Shown one piece after another: positions 9,416-19,323 of a DNA stretch of 64,000 nt. The translations under genes were made by a program, and so were the position numbers. The notes beneath the pieces were generated by a model that was given only the letters and a program-made list of their open reading frames with translations, did no database searches and had not been told where the DNA came from. The stretch spans positions 163,179 through 227,178 of the forward strand of contig JASFYF010000001.1 in NCBI GenBank assembly GCA_030055465.1. Reading direction: 5' to 3'. Source of the DNA: Candidatus Nezhaarchaeota archaeon. GTDB lineage: Archaea > Thermoproteota > Methanomethylicia > Nezhaarchaeales > WYZ-LMO8. Numbering within the stretch: the stretch's first letter is position 1; every line of letters begins with the position of its first letter.

Positions 9416-11362
9416 ATGGTAAAGGGATGGTTTCTCGTGAAGTCCACAAACGGCTTTTTCTGGTTTGCGTCGGCGATCCTAATGCTCGGAGCGCTCCAAT
9501 TAATAGCCTCCATCGAGCTGTCCGAGGCTGCTTGGGTTGGCGAAGCCATTTATATAAAGGCCGATGGAAGCGTAGAACCCGAGGGCTCACCCATAGCTAC
9601 TGATGATTACGTGATATATAGATTGACGAGCAACGTTGCCGCCGATAATGGGATAATCGTTCAAAGAGACAACATAGTAATCGATGGATGCGGATGCGCC
9701 ATTCAAGGAGTCGGCCCCCAAGACTCTAAGGGGGTTGGAGTGAACGCAACTGGAAGAAGCGGAGTCGTAATCAAAAACGTAGAGATCAGCGGATTCCGCT
9801 ACGGAATATGTCTTAAAGATTCCTCAGGCATCGTCTTGATAAATAACTCCATAAACAACAACATCAACGGCATCGCCCTATGGTCATCGCACAACAACAC
9901 GATCACCAAAAACACGATATCGTCAAACATCGACGACGGCGTGGAGCTCTATCACTCCTTAAACAACACGATAAGCGGAAACAGGATAGTAAGTAACAAC
10001 TACGGCGTCTATCTCCACAGTTCGCATAACAATACAATTGTTGAGAACCGGTTTGAGGGTTGCGGACTCATGGCTTTCGATTCCTATCAAAACGCGGTGG
10101 AATACAACACGGTGAACGGCAGACCGCTCCTATACCTTGAAGGCGTCTCCAACGCTACGGTGGGGGACGCGGGGCAAGTAGTGCTCATCAAGTGTGAAAA
10201 TATGAAAATTGTTGGCTTAAACATATCCAATGCAACGATCGGCATTGAGCTCTGGATGACGAACAACACGATAATATCTAGGAGCTCCTTAAGCAACAAC
10301 GTTGATGGCATCGCCCTATGGTCATCGCACAACAACACCATAGCCGACAACATCATTACCAGGAACTTGTGCGGCGTTGAGCTTTGGTATTCCTCAGGCA
10401 TCGTCTTGATAAATAACTCCATAAACAACAACATCAACGGCATCGCCCTATGGTCATCGCACAACAACACGATCACCAAAAACACGATATCGTCGAGCGA
10501 ATCGCTCAACATCTACCTGTGGCTATCATCCGGTAACATTGTAGTTGAGAATAGCGTGGCTCGCGGCCGCTGCGGAATCTGGCTCGACGAATCCTCAGAC
10601 AACGCCTTCTACCACAACAATATAGCGGACAACGCAATGCAGGTGTATTTCACCCCTGGAAGCCTCAACTCTTGGGACGGCGGTTACCCCTCAGGCGGAA
10701 ACTTCTGGAGCAACCATAGAAGCATCGACGAGAAAAGCGGTTCAGCCCAAGATAAACCCGGGGGCGATGGTATAGGCGACTCGCCATACCCCTTGGACGA
10801 GGTCAACGTTGATCGCTTCCCGCTTATGAATCCTTGGCCGAACAGGGCCGTGAAGGTTGAATCCTCAACGGGGGCCGGCGCCGTTGTCTTCAGGTCCTCG
10901 CCGGGCCTCATAGTTGGCCTCAGGGCCGTGCCCGAGGAAAGCCTCCAAAGTGTCGGTGAGCTTGGCGCCGAGTTCTCGTATGGATTCTTCGCCTTCAACA
11001 TAACTGGCTTAAGGCCGGGCGACGAGGCCTCTGTAACCGTAACGCTTCCATCACCTCTGCCGGTAGGCCTTCGCTATTGGGCGTACTGGAACGACGCTTG
11101 GAGCCAGATTCCCCTGGGAGGCAATGATGGTAATGAATCCGTAACCATTACGTTCAAAGACGGTGGAGCTGGAGATTCCGATGGGGCTGAAAACGGCGTG
11201 ATCGCGTGTCTAGGTGCCTTTGGACGGCTTCGAGCACAAACTGGGGAGGCTACACCGCCAGCTGAGGCGCCGCAACCCGCGTTTCACATAGCAGCATACG
11301 CAGCTGTAGTGGCGGTAGCCGTCGCCGTTATAGCGGTTGTTGTGAGGAGAAGAGGAACCTGA
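9416..11362 (+). CDS. Surface/secreted NosD-type parallel beta-helix protein with choice-of-anchor-U-like domain and C-terminal TM anchor
   Basis: N-terminal hydrophobic segment, IYIKADGSV, many GIxLxxSxNNTI repeats, GGNFWS...DRFPLM, FAFNITGL...FKDGGAGDSDG, TM followed by RRRG. Confidence 0.85.
   Translation: MVKGWFLVKSTNGFFWFASAILMLGALQLIASIELSEAAWVGEAIYIKADGSVEPEGSPIATDDYVIYRLTSNVAADNGIIVQRDNIVIDGCGCAIQGVGPQDSKGVGVNATGRSGVVIKNVEISGFRYGICLKDSSGIVLINNSINNNINGIALWSSHNNTITKNTISSNIDDGVELYHSLNNTISGNRIVSNNYGVYLHSSHNNTIVENRFEGCGLMAFDSYQNAVEYNTVNGRPLLYLEGVSNATVGDAGQVVLIKCENMKIVGLNISNATIGIELWMTNNTIISRSSLSNNVDGIALWSSHNNTIADNIITRNLCGVELWYSSGIVLINNSINNNINGIALWSSHNNTITKNTISSSESLNIYLWLSSGNIVVENSVARGRCGIWLDESSDNAFYHNNIADNAMQVYFTPGSLNSWDGGYPSGGNFWSNHRSIDEKSGSAQDKPGGDGIGDSPYPLDEVNVDRFPLMNPWPNRAVKVESSTGAGAVVFRSSPGLIVGLRAVPEESLQSVGELGAEFSYGFFAFNITGLRPGDEASVTVTLPSPLPVGLRYWAYWNDAWSQIPLGGNDGNESVTITFKDGGAGDSDGAENGVIACLGAFGRLRAQTGEATPPAEAPQPAFHIAAYAAVVAVAVAVIAVVVRRRGT
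9819..10494 (+). repeat. Exact 106-bp intragenic direct repeat (9819-9924 = 10389-10494) plus 32-bp partial third copy (10307-10338)
   Basis: Read directly; offset 570 bp, in frame. Confidence 0.9.
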
Positions 11363-11503
11363 GGCACGCGCTCCGCCCGCCCAAAGACTCCTTGGCTTTT
11401 TAAGCGCCTACACCAATACGGCCTTAAGCGACGTGGGGGCGGGCCGTGCGGTCTCATGTCTTCTCCCAGCAAAACTTATTATTGCATGGTGGGGTTATGA
11501 GGG

Positions 11504-12148
11504 GTGGAGCCAACCGTGAGCTTAGGCTTCCTGCTAGAGGTTGTCGCAATATCCGCCTCCGGGGCGCTTTCACCGGGCCCGCTGACCGCTGTGGCCGCCA
11601 CGATAGGTGCTAGGAGGGGGTGGAGGTCAGGCCTCCTCATAGCTATGGGCCACGCAGCCGTCGAGCTTCCACTCGTAGCTTTCATAGCCGCCGGACTAAT
11701 GGTGGCCATCGAGGGCGCGCTGACATCAAACCTGCTGGCCCTAGCTGGAGGAGCCTTCCTCCTATTCTTCGGCTCACTAACCTTCAGAGACGCCGTGAAG
11801 TTCACGTGGCCACCTAAGGCAAGCGCCCCCTTACTCCACGAGAACCCATTCTTGGTCGGCGCGCTCCTATCGTTGCTGAACCCATTCTTCATCATATGGT
11901 GGCTTGGAGTCGGCTCGCCGCTGGTCTATGAAGCCGTCAGGCTTTGGGGGGTGTACGGGCTCGCCGTAATGTACCTCAGCCACGTATGGCTGGATTTAGC
12001 CTGGCTACCCGCGGTAACGTACCTTGCCTCCCTTGGAAGGCTTAACGTTAAGGCGCTGCGCCTCATGCTCTTCCTGCTCGCCGCAGCCGTCCTTTACTTT
12101 GGATTCTCCTTCGTAGCGAGCGGGTTAACCTCGATCCTAGGGCTTTAA
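11504..12148 (+). CDS. LysE family transporter
   Basis: GALSPGPL, GHAAVE, LLNPFFIIWW; six hydrophobic segments. Confidence 0.85.
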   Translation: MEPTVSLGFLLEVVAISASGALSPGPLTAVAATIGARRGWRSGLLIAMGHAAVELPLVAFIAAGLMVAIEGALTSNLLALAGGAFLLFFGSLTFRDAVKFTWPPKASAPLLHENPFLVGALLSLLNPFFIIWWLGVGSPLVYEAVRLWGVYGLAVMYLSHVWLDLAWLPAVTYLASLGRLNVKALRLMLFLLAAAVLYFGFSFVASGLTSILGL

Positions 12149-12273
12149 GGCCTTAACCGACAACGGCTCCCCTCAGCGCATCCCCTTGGAGCTTGGCGGC
12201 TCGCTTGGTGCTCAAGCCCAAGATAAATTTAAAAGCCCAGCACCCCCATCCCCTTCCCTTGGGGGTGGGATGC

Positions 12274-12888
12274 ATGGATCCCATCCCGTGGAGTAAGGTT
12301 GAAGGCTGGGCGTGCATCGCCTGCGGCGACTGCTGCAAGGACTTCAGGGTTCCCATCAGCGCATACGAGGTTGCAAGGCTCGCAGGATCCTTCGGCTACT
12401 GGGCCATTGAAGCCGGATTGAACTCATATTACTTGAAGAAGAGGCTTGACGGGCGATGCGCATTCCAGGTCCGCAGGAGCGGCAGATGGATATGCGGGGT
12501 GCAGCCGCTTAAGCCGATGGCCTGCAAGCTGTGGCCATTCATGGTTTACGAGAAGCCCCGCTACGGGTGCAGAGACGAAGCGGAGTACGAGTTCAACGGG
12601 CAAAGGTTCTACGTGTACGTAAACCCATACTGTAGGGGCCTAGCCTATGGGAAGCCGTCGCATACCTTCGAAAGTAAGGTCCTCCCGGAATTCATCGAAA
12701 TAAAGCTGGGAATAAGGGAGAGACAAAGTCTCTCAACCTCATCCATAGTTGAGTTGGAGGGTGGACCGCCGGCCGGTGAAGCTGTTGGCGCGCAGCTCCT
12801 GATAGTTGGAACGCCTAGGAGTCCACTCAACATTGTAGGTGCTTTAGGTGACTCTGCAAGGCTCTACCTACGAATCCCCATGCCCTAG
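12274..12888 (+). CDS. YkgJ family cysteine-cluster protein
   Basis: CIACGDCC, CAF, CGVQPLKPMACKLWPF; start trimmed to MDPIPW. Confidence 0.8.
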   Translation: MDPIPWSKVEGWACIACGDCCKDFRVPISAYEVARLAGSFGYWAIEAGLNSYYLKKRLDGRCAFQVRRSGRWICGVQPLKPMACKLWPFMVYEKPRYGCRDEAEYEFNGQRFYVYVNPYCRGLAYGKPSHTFESKVLPEFIEIKLGIRERQSLSTSSIVELEGGPPAGEAVGAQLLIVGTPRSPLNIVGALGDSARLYLRIPMP

Positions 12889-13458
12889 CAGGTGAGGATG
12901 AACCATTTTTTAACGTGCTCAACCAGCCACGACACGAAGCCCATAGTTGGAGCTACAGCGACACAGCTCCCCGAGAAGCCGAGAGCTCCCGCTCCGAGTG
13001 GGAGGGTTAGAGCTCGAGTTATCGTCCGGCAACATCTAAGGCAGCGCTAACATTAAGATGCTGAAGCCTTGCTCGGCGTTATGCGCGCTGACACAACTGG
13101 TCTAGGGCCCCCTGCTGGGTTGGAAGCTGTTGGTGTAGAGCAGCTTTAGGACATGAATGGGGACCGCTGTGGCTCCGCAGATCAGCAACGCAAGGGGCCC
13201 ATGGGCCTCTCCGTGTCGAATATCTAACTGCACTTGAAGCCCCACCAACCCGAGGGCTAAGCCAGCTAAGGGGCGCCGAGGCGGCTGGATGCTCAAGGAG
13301 AGCATTACTCCCTTTCTCCTCTTACACCACGTCTACGAGAAGGCTGGCAGCATCAAGCAAAACCGCTGGTTAGCGCGCTCTCTCAACCGAGCTCATCGGC
13401 GTTCTCAGTTAAGGTTAATGAAGAAAAATCGGAGTTGAAGTTTGCTGTTGACTCCTCC

Positions 13459-13764
13459 TCAGCTCTTACCCTTGCCCTCCTCCACGGCCTTGCCTGCTTC
13501 GGGCTCCTTCTCCACCTTCTTCAGCTCTTCCTCAATTTCCTTCTCTATCTCCTCTATGGGCTTCGGCGGGGGCGTCGTAGCCAGCGTGTAGCCTATCCAG
13601 CCGACGATAGCGAAGACTGCGACAACGGCGACTGCGCCCGTAAGCTTAAGCATGAACGTATCAGCCCCCACCACAGGTGGGAAGAAGACAAGCCAGAGGT
13701 AAACCACTATAACCACTGCGGAGAGCAAGAGCAGGCCTGTGCCCACCAACTTATCCTTGCTCAT
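13459..13764 (-). CDS. Small two-TM conserved hypothetical membrane protein with acidic tail
   Basis: Two TM helices then GWIGYTLATTPPPKPIEEIEKEIEEE. Confidence 0.75.
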   Translation of the reverse strand: MSKDKLVGTGLLLLSAVVIVVYLWLVFFPPVVGADTFMLKLTGAVAVVAVFAIVGWIGYTLATTPPPKPIEEIEKEIEEELKKVEKEPEAGKAVEEGKGKS

Positions 13765-13938
13765 ATCCTCTGCAGCACCTCTAACGCTTAGCTTCATCAA
13801 CAGGCAATTTATCGTTTACGCCTGAGCTAAAGTGCAGCTATCGATCTTCACAGCATCCACTTCACGGGGGGTGCAACCGCAGGACGATGAATGCGTTTAT
13901 CTGCCCGCTGTAGAAATATGTTATATGAGGTGTGAGGA

Positions 13939-14598
13939 ATGGAAGAAACCGTAGGTAGAATCCCCCTGATAGGGGAGAAGGCGCCCAGCTTCGTTGCCAA
14001 GACCACGAAGGGCATTATAAGGTTCCCGGACGACTATAAGGGCAAGTGGGTTGTGCTCTTTTCTCACCCAGGAGACTTCACGCCGGTGTGCACCACCGAG
14101 TTTGTGGCCTTCCAGAAGAGGATTGAGGAGTTCAGGAAGCTTAACTGCGAGCTGGTGGGCCTCAGCATAGACCAGGTCTTCAGCCACATCAAGTGGGTTG
14201 AGTGGATCAGGGAGAAGCTAGGTGTTGAGATAGAGTTCCCGATAATAGCCGATGAGGTTGGCAGAATAGCCAAGACCTTAGGCATGATACATCCAAGCAA
14301 GGCAACCAACACCGTAAGGGCCGTCTTCATAATAGACCCAGATGGGGTTATCAGGGCCATCATGTACTACCCCCAGGAGCTGGGCAGGAACATGGATGAA
14401 ATATTGAGGGCGGTTAAGGCGCTGCAGATCTCAGATAGAGAGAAGGTGGCGATGCCGGCCAACTGGCCCAACAACGAGCTCATAGGCGACAAAGTGATTG
14501 TGCCGCCCCCAACAGATGAGAAGGCCGCCAAGGAGAGGCTGAAGGCATACGAGTGCTTTGACTGGTGGTTCTGCTACAAGAGCGTTTCGAGGGGGTAG
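13939..14598 (+). CDS. Peroxiredoxin (archaeal Prx6/TDXH type)
   Basis: [34 protein letters not shown]. Confidence 0.95.
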   Translation: MEETVGRIPLIGEKAPSFVAKTTKGIIRFPDDYKGKWVVLFSHPGDFTPVCTTEFVAFQKRIEEFRKLNCELVGLSIDQVFSHIKWVEWIREKLGVEIEFPIIADEVGRIAKTLGMIHPSKATNTVRAVFIIDPDGVIRAIMYYPQELGRNMDEILRAVKALQISDREKVAMPANWPNNELIGDKVIVPPPTDEKAAKERLKAYECFDWWFCYKSVSRG

Positions 14599-14603
14599 AC
14601 CAA

Positions 14604-14981
14604 GTGGCCTTAATCAGAAGGGTTTACAAGTGCAACGTGTGCGGCAACATCGTGGAGGTGCTCCACGAAGGGTTTGGCCAACTGGTCTGCTGCGGGAAGC
14701 CGATGCAGCTTCTAGACGAGAAGGTGGCCGAGGAGGGCAGGGAAAAACACGTTCCCGTGGTTGAAGTCCTCGACGGCTCAGTGAGGGTTAAGGTGGGCTC
14801 CAAGCCGCATCCAATGGAGGAGAAGCACTACATAGAGTGGATTGAGGTGGCTGCTGGCGACGAGGTCTACAGGAAGCACCTGAAGCCCGGACAGGCACCC
14901 GAAGCCGAGTTCAAGGTGGGCGCCCGAACCGCAACTGCAAGAATCTACTGCAACATACACGGCCTCTGGAGGAACCCGTAA
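14604..14981 (+). CDS. Desulfoferrodoxin (class I superoxide reductase)
   Basis: YKCNVCGN...[31 protein letters not shown]; GTG start after the Prx stop. Confidence 0.93.
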   Translation: MALIRRVYKCNVCGNIVEVLHEGFGQLVCCGKPMQLLDEKVAEEGREKHVPVVEVLDGSVRVKVGSKPHPMEEKHYIEWIEVAAGDEVYRKHLKPGQAPEAEFKVGARTATARIYCNIHGLWRNP

Positions 14982-14997
14982 TTCTTTACTTTTCTTT

Positions 14998-15540
14998 TTA
15001 GCCCCTACGATCCTTTGCGAGTAGCTCCTCAGCGCTTCCCGGCGTCGATGACTCCTCCTCCTGGGAGGGCTCTGCGCGTGCAACCTGTAGGGGCTGAAGC
15101 CGTCGGCTGGGCTCGTACAGCGTCCTTCCGAGGAGTTCAACTACGCCTTCAAGCTCCTCTTCGACGCCCGGCAGGACGTGGGCTAAACTGCACCTGACAG
15201 CCTTCACTACCTCGGCTACGCGCGCCAAAGCTGATGCTACATCGCCTACGTCTTTGGCAGCCCTAAGGGTGGTCAACGCCTCTTCGAGGACCACCATGCA
15301 TTGATCGACTGTCCTCGTTATCCTCCTAACTTCAGCCAGCTCCGCTGCGTACATCAACGCCAAGTCCGCGCTGCGGCTTGAATAGGAGTGGACAACCTTC
15401 TCGAACAGGCTTCTCTCCCTCTCAAGCAGCTTGGAGTGGAGCCGGGCAAGCTTGCCCAACTGCACTCTAAGCTTAGCTGACGCGAACTTCAGCTTGGACT
15501 TCAAGGTGGGGCCAATCGAGGACACTTCCACCCCACCCAT
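14998..15540 (-). CDS. ESCRT-III/Snf7 (CdvB-like) paralog
   Basis: KL...RERSLFEKVV...A..YAAELAEVRR...LEEALTTL...GDVASAL pattern of crenarchaeal CdvB proteins. Confidence 0.75.
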   Translation of the reverse strand: MGGVEVSSIGPTLKSKLKFASAKLRVQLGKLARLHSKLLERERSLFEKVVHSYSSRSADLALMYAAELAEVRRITRTVDQCMVVLEEALTTLRAAKDVGDVASALARVAEVVKAVRCSLAHVLPGVEEELEGVVELLGRTLYEPSRRLQPLQVARAEPSQEEESSTPGSAEELLAKDRRG

Positions 15541-15926
15541 CTACCCTGTGAGGCTATGAAGTCTGAGCAACAAGCACCCCGGATCTTATATTGCGGGATA
15601 GCCGATAAAAGGGTGCGTTGAAAGCAGAAATGGAAGGGGATCGACGTGAAAGGCTAAGAAATGAAGGCGAGCGATAAAGGGACTCGCCCTTTAAGGTAGG
15701 CGCGCAAGCCGCCGCTAAAGCGCATACGTTTAAGAGGCTCCTGCCGCAGCCCTCGCCGTTCGTTAATGCTGGAGGAAGCCCTTACTTCCATGTTAATGTT
15801 ATTGTTGTCTAGGCTTGCCCCGCATCCCCGCCCAGCACAGCTGAGAAGCTTCAGCTGGCTCCTCCGCCAAACCCCATAACCCTAAATACCGCGATTGCAT
15901 CTAGATGGCGTCGAGGTGCAGAGGGT

Positions 15927-17195
15927 TTGAGCGGCAGCTTCATCGATGAAGTGATTAAGGTGGATGACGCAATCAGACTGGCTGCCTCGCTCCTCAAGGT
16001 GCCGTCCCGAGAGGTTGAGGTTCCACTGCAGGAGGCCGCTGGACTGATAGCCTCTAGGAGCATCTCAGCCCCATACGATATGCCCCTCTACGATAGGAGC
16101 GCTGTCGACGGCTACGCCGTCCACGCAGAGGACACCTACGGGGCCTCGCTTCACGGCGCCGCGGAGCTCAAGGTTGTCGGCAGGGTGACCTCCTCCACAA
16201 GCATTGAGGAAGTCTCGAAGACATCTCTCAAGCTCAGCGAGGCCGTCGAGATCCTGACGGGGGGCCCCCTGCCACCGGGCGCCGACGCCGTAGTCATGTA
16301 CGAGGACGTCACTCGTATGAACGATAAAATCTACGTTCACAGGGCCCTGCCGAGGTGGGCAAACGTGTCGAGGAGAGGGGAGGACTTTAAGGAGGGCGAA
16401 ACCATCGTTGAGAAAGGCGTGCTCCTAGCGCCTTGGCATCTAGCTGCGCTGGCAGCGTTCGGCTTCAGCAGGGTTCACGTATACGATAAGCTGAAGGTGG
16501 GCATCTTGGCCACCGGCGGCGAGTTGGCGGAGCCCTTGCAACCGGTACCCCTACGCAAGGGGGTTTACAACAGCACGTCGACCATGATCATGAGTTGCCT
16601 TTCAGGCAGAAGATTCATCGAAGCCGTCTACCTCGGAAGAGTTATGGACGACGTGGAGCGCATCGCCGAGGGCATTGAAGGCGCATTTAGAGCCGGCTTC
16701 GACGCGGTTGTGACGACGGGAGGCACGGGCGTAAGCGGGGACGACGTTACGACGCGTGCAGTTGAGAGGGTGGGCACCATTGCGGTGAGGGGCGTGGCGA
16801 TTAGGCCTGGGAGGCCCACAAGCATAGGCGTAGTTGAAGGGAAACCGGTATTCATGCTGTCGGGCTTCCCAGTTGCTGCCCTCGTGGCGCTTGAGTTCGT
16901 CGTTCTACCGGTGATTTACAGGTTGTTTGGGTCGACCCCACAGCCCAAGCCAATCGTCAAGGCCAAGCTCACCAGGAGGCTCGCCAACGTCGTCGGCCAT
17001 AGGTCCTACGTGAGGGCCAAGGTCTTCCGCCGCAACGGTGAACTGATTGTTGAGCCCCTGAGGCTAACCGGCTCAGGGGTCTTGTCAACCCTTGTAAAGG
17101 GCAACGGGATAATAGAGGTTCCGGAGGGCTTGGAGGGCTACGAGCCCGGCGAAGAAGTTAACGTCATATTGATCGGAGGCTTGGAGGGGATGTAG
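15927..17195 (+). CDS. moeA: Molybdopterin molybdenumtransferase MoeA
   Basis: DRSAVDGYAV, TGGPLPPGADAVVMYED, ATGGEL, TTGGTG, GVAIRPGRP, LSGFPVAA. Confidence 0.93.
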   Translation: MSGSFIDEVIKVDDAIRLAASLLKVPSREVEVPLQEAAGLIASRSISAPYDMPLYDRSAVDGYAVHAEDTYGASLHGAAELKVVGRVTSSTSIEEVSKTSLKLSEAVEILTGGPLPPGADAVVMYEDVTRMNDKIYVHRALPRWANVSRRGEDFKEGETIVEKGVLLAPWHLAALAAFGFSRVHVYDKLKVGILATGGELAEPLQPVPLRKGVYNSTSTMIMSCLSGRRFIEAVYLGRVMDDVERIAEGIEGAFRAGFDAVVTTGGTGVSGDDVTTRAVERVGTIAVRGVAIRPGRPTSIGVVEGKPVFMLSGFPVAALVALEFVVLPVIYRLFGSTPQPKPIVKAKLTRRLANVVGHRSYVRAKVFRRNGELIVEPLRLTGSGVLSTLVKGNGIIEVPEGLEGYEPGEEVNVILIGGLEGM

Positions 17196-17416
17196 CCTTG
17201 GCCAAGGTTTTCCACGAACTCGTGCCCCTAGAAGACGTGGAGGCCGCGCTCTCCAAGCACTTGAGGTTGGAGCCGTTAGGGGTCGAGGAGGTTGACCTCG
17301 TAAACTCGTTGGGGCGAACGCTGGCGGAAGACGTTTACTCCCCGATCGATTACCCGCCCTTCGACAGGTCTGAGGTTGACGGCTACGCCGTCCACGCAGA
17401 GGACACCTACGGGGCC
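16107..17416 (+). repeat. Exact 39-bp match between the two moeA paralogs (16107-16145 = 17378-17416)
   Basis: GACGGCTACGCCGTCCACGCAGAGGACACCTACGGGGCC in both genes. Confidence 0.85.
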
Positions 17417-19153
17417 GATGAGGAGAGGCCCGCAGTGCTCGCGGTTACCGGAGGGTCCCCCGTAGGCCGCGCACCTCAAGCTCCTCTGGGCAGAGGAGAG
17501 GCCTTCGAGATAGCGACCGGGGCCGTTGTGCCCCGCGAGGCGAACGCTGTGGTCATGGAGGAATACACCGACAGGGAAAATGGCAGAGTCAAGGTTTACA
17601 GGCCGGTTGCCCCCGGCGAAAACGTGGTTCACGCCGGATCTGACATCTCTCTGGGGGACCTGGCTCTATCCAGGGGAACCCTCCTAGGCCCGCGCGAGCT
17701 GGGGCTTCTAGCTGCCTTGGGCAAGCGCAGGGTTAAGGTCTACCGAAAAGTCAAGGTGGCTGTCTTCTCAACCGGGAACGAGGTTGTCGAGCCGGGCGAA
17801 AAGCTGGAGCTGGGCCAGATCTACGATTCGAACAGCTTCTTCATAGTGTCCTCCCTCTTGGAGATGGGCGCTGAGGCCCGATACGCTGGGCACCTGCCGG
17901 ACGACTATCAATCAATTTTGCATGCTCTTAGATGCGAAGTTGAAGAAAGCGACGTGATAATAACGAGTGGGGGCACATCCGCTGGGGCTGGAGACCTCGT
18001 GTACAGGGCCTTTGACGACCTTGGGAGACCCGGCCTGATAATCCATGGAGTTAAGGTTAAGCCCGGCAAGCCCACGGCTATAGCTGTGGCCCGCGGAAAG
18101 CTTTTGATAGGGCTTCCCGGCTTCCCACTGTCCTGCGCCATGGTGTTCTTGACCGTGGTTAGGCCCCTGATAGCCAAGCTGATGGGCCTTGAGCTGGATG
18201 GATACCAGTCGGTGAAGGCAACCTTCCCGTTCAGGGTTAGAACCGGTCAAGGCAAGACCTGGCTTATACCCGTAAGCCTCGTGAGCTCGGCCAACGGTTT
18301 GGTCGCGTACCCTGTAACCATGAAGTCCGGGGACGTGTCGCCGCTCGTGAGCGCTGAAGGCTACGTCCGGGTCCCTGAGGGCAAAGAGCTCCTTGAGGGG
18401 GGAGAGACGGTGGATGTCTTCTTGATGTCAAGGAGGACCACGACGCCCGAGCTCACGATAATCGGAAGCCACGACGTAGCGCTCTACCGAGTGATAGAGG
18501 TGATGAACATGCGCGGAAGGTGTAAGGTAATAGCGGTGGGCTCCCTAAGGGGGCTTCAAGCTGCAGCTTCAGGTGAAGCCGATTTGGCGCCCGTGCACCT
18601 CCTAGACGAGGAGACTGGCGACTACAACCTGCCATTCATACGCAGGATGAACCTTGAAGGCAAGGTTAGGCTGATAAGGGGTTATGCTAGAAGGATCGGC
18701 TTTATATCTAGGCCTGGCCTCGATGTAAACGGCTTCGAGGACCTCTTCACTAAAGGCTACGCCTTCGTCAACAGGAATAGGGGTTCGGGCACCAGGACCT
18801 TCATCGATGTTAAGCTCAGAGAGGCTTGTGCCGGCCTCCACCTGAGGCTCGAGAAGGTGCCATCCCTTATAAGGGGTTACACGTACGAGGTGAAGACCCA
18901 CACAGCCGTGGCGGCAGCTGTAGCCCACGGGAGGGCCGACGTAGGCGTGGGCATCGAGTACGCAGCGAGGGCCTACAACCTGAGCTTCAAGCCGTTAACT
19001 TGGGAAGTAATGGACTTCGCCGTGCCATCCGAAAGGCTGCAAAAGGCCTCCGTGGAGAGGTTTCGAGAAGCCCTCAGGTCGCGCCGCCTCGCTGAGGCGC
19101 TTAAGGCGATTCCGGGCTACGAGCTCCTCAAGAACAGCGGGGAGCTCATCTAA
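17198..19153 (+). CDS. moeA: MoeA fused to C-terminal PBP/LysR-type oxyanion-binding domain
   Basis: FDRSEVDGYAV, STGNEV, SGGTSAG, KPGKP, GLPGFP; C-terminal IIGSHD, VGSLRGL, NRNRGSGTR, THTAVAAAVAHGRADVGVG. Confidence 0.93.
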   Translation: MAKVFHELVPLEDVEAALSKHLRLEPLGVEEVDLVNSLGRTLAEDVYSPIDYPPFDRSEVDGYAVHAEDTYGADEERPAVLAVTGGSPVGRAPQAPLGRGEAFEIATGAVVPREANAVVMEEYTDRENGRVKVYRPVAPGENVVHAGSDISLGDLALSRGTLLGPRELGLLAALGKRRVKVYRKVKVAVFSTGNEVVEPGEKLELGQIYDSNSFFIVSSLLEMGAEARYAGHLPDDYQSILHALRCEVEESDVIITSGGTSAGAGDLVYRAFDDLGRPGLIIHGVKVKPGKPTAIAVARGKLLIGLPGFPLSCAMVFLTVVRPLIAKLMGLELDGYQSVKATFPFRVRTGQGKTWLIPVSLVSSANGLVAYPVTMKSGDVSPLVSAEGYVRVPEGKELLEGGETVDVFLMSRRTTTPELTIIGSHDVALYRVIEVMNMRGRCKVIAVGSLRGLQAAASGEADLAPVHLLDEETGDYNLPFIRRMNLEGKVRLIRGYARRIGFISRPGLDVNGFEDLFTKGYAFVNRNRGSGTRTFIDVKLREACAGLHLRLEKVPSLIRGYTYEVKTHTAVAAAVAHGRADVGVGIEYAARAYNLSFKPLTWEVMDFAVPSERLQKASVERFREALRSRRLAEALKAIPGYELLKNSGELI

Positions 19154-19267
19154 TGGTTGTTGAACTCAGCCTACATGGGGTCCTATCCCCCCTGCCGGCT
19201 GAATGCAGCTCTTGGGGTTTCGCATCTATTGCGACTAAGGGCAGGGAAGGAGATTTGATTGATTAAA

Positions 19268-19293
19268 CGCCATATGGCGATATGTTTATTATA
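19268..19293 (+). promoter_or_regulatory. 12-bp perfect palindrome followed by TATA-like box upstream of the Fe-S/DsrH/DsrE cluster
   Basis: CGCCATATGGCG (19268-19279) then TTTATTATA; RBS GAGGTGAGGTGA before GTG 19324. Confidence 0.35.
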
Positions 19294-19323
19294 TCCGTTC
19301 CACCTATAGCATGAAGAGGTGAG

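Noticed and set aside
12889-13430. Hydrophobic minus-strand fragments that could be a decayed membrane-protein gene
   Set aside because: No family motif recognisable across frames; needs tBLASTn
15675-15710. IS605-like end remnant (AAAGGGACTCGCCCTTTAAGGTAGG)
   Set aside because: Partial similarity only; CCCTTTAAGG words recur in many intergenic regions and may just be TATA elements
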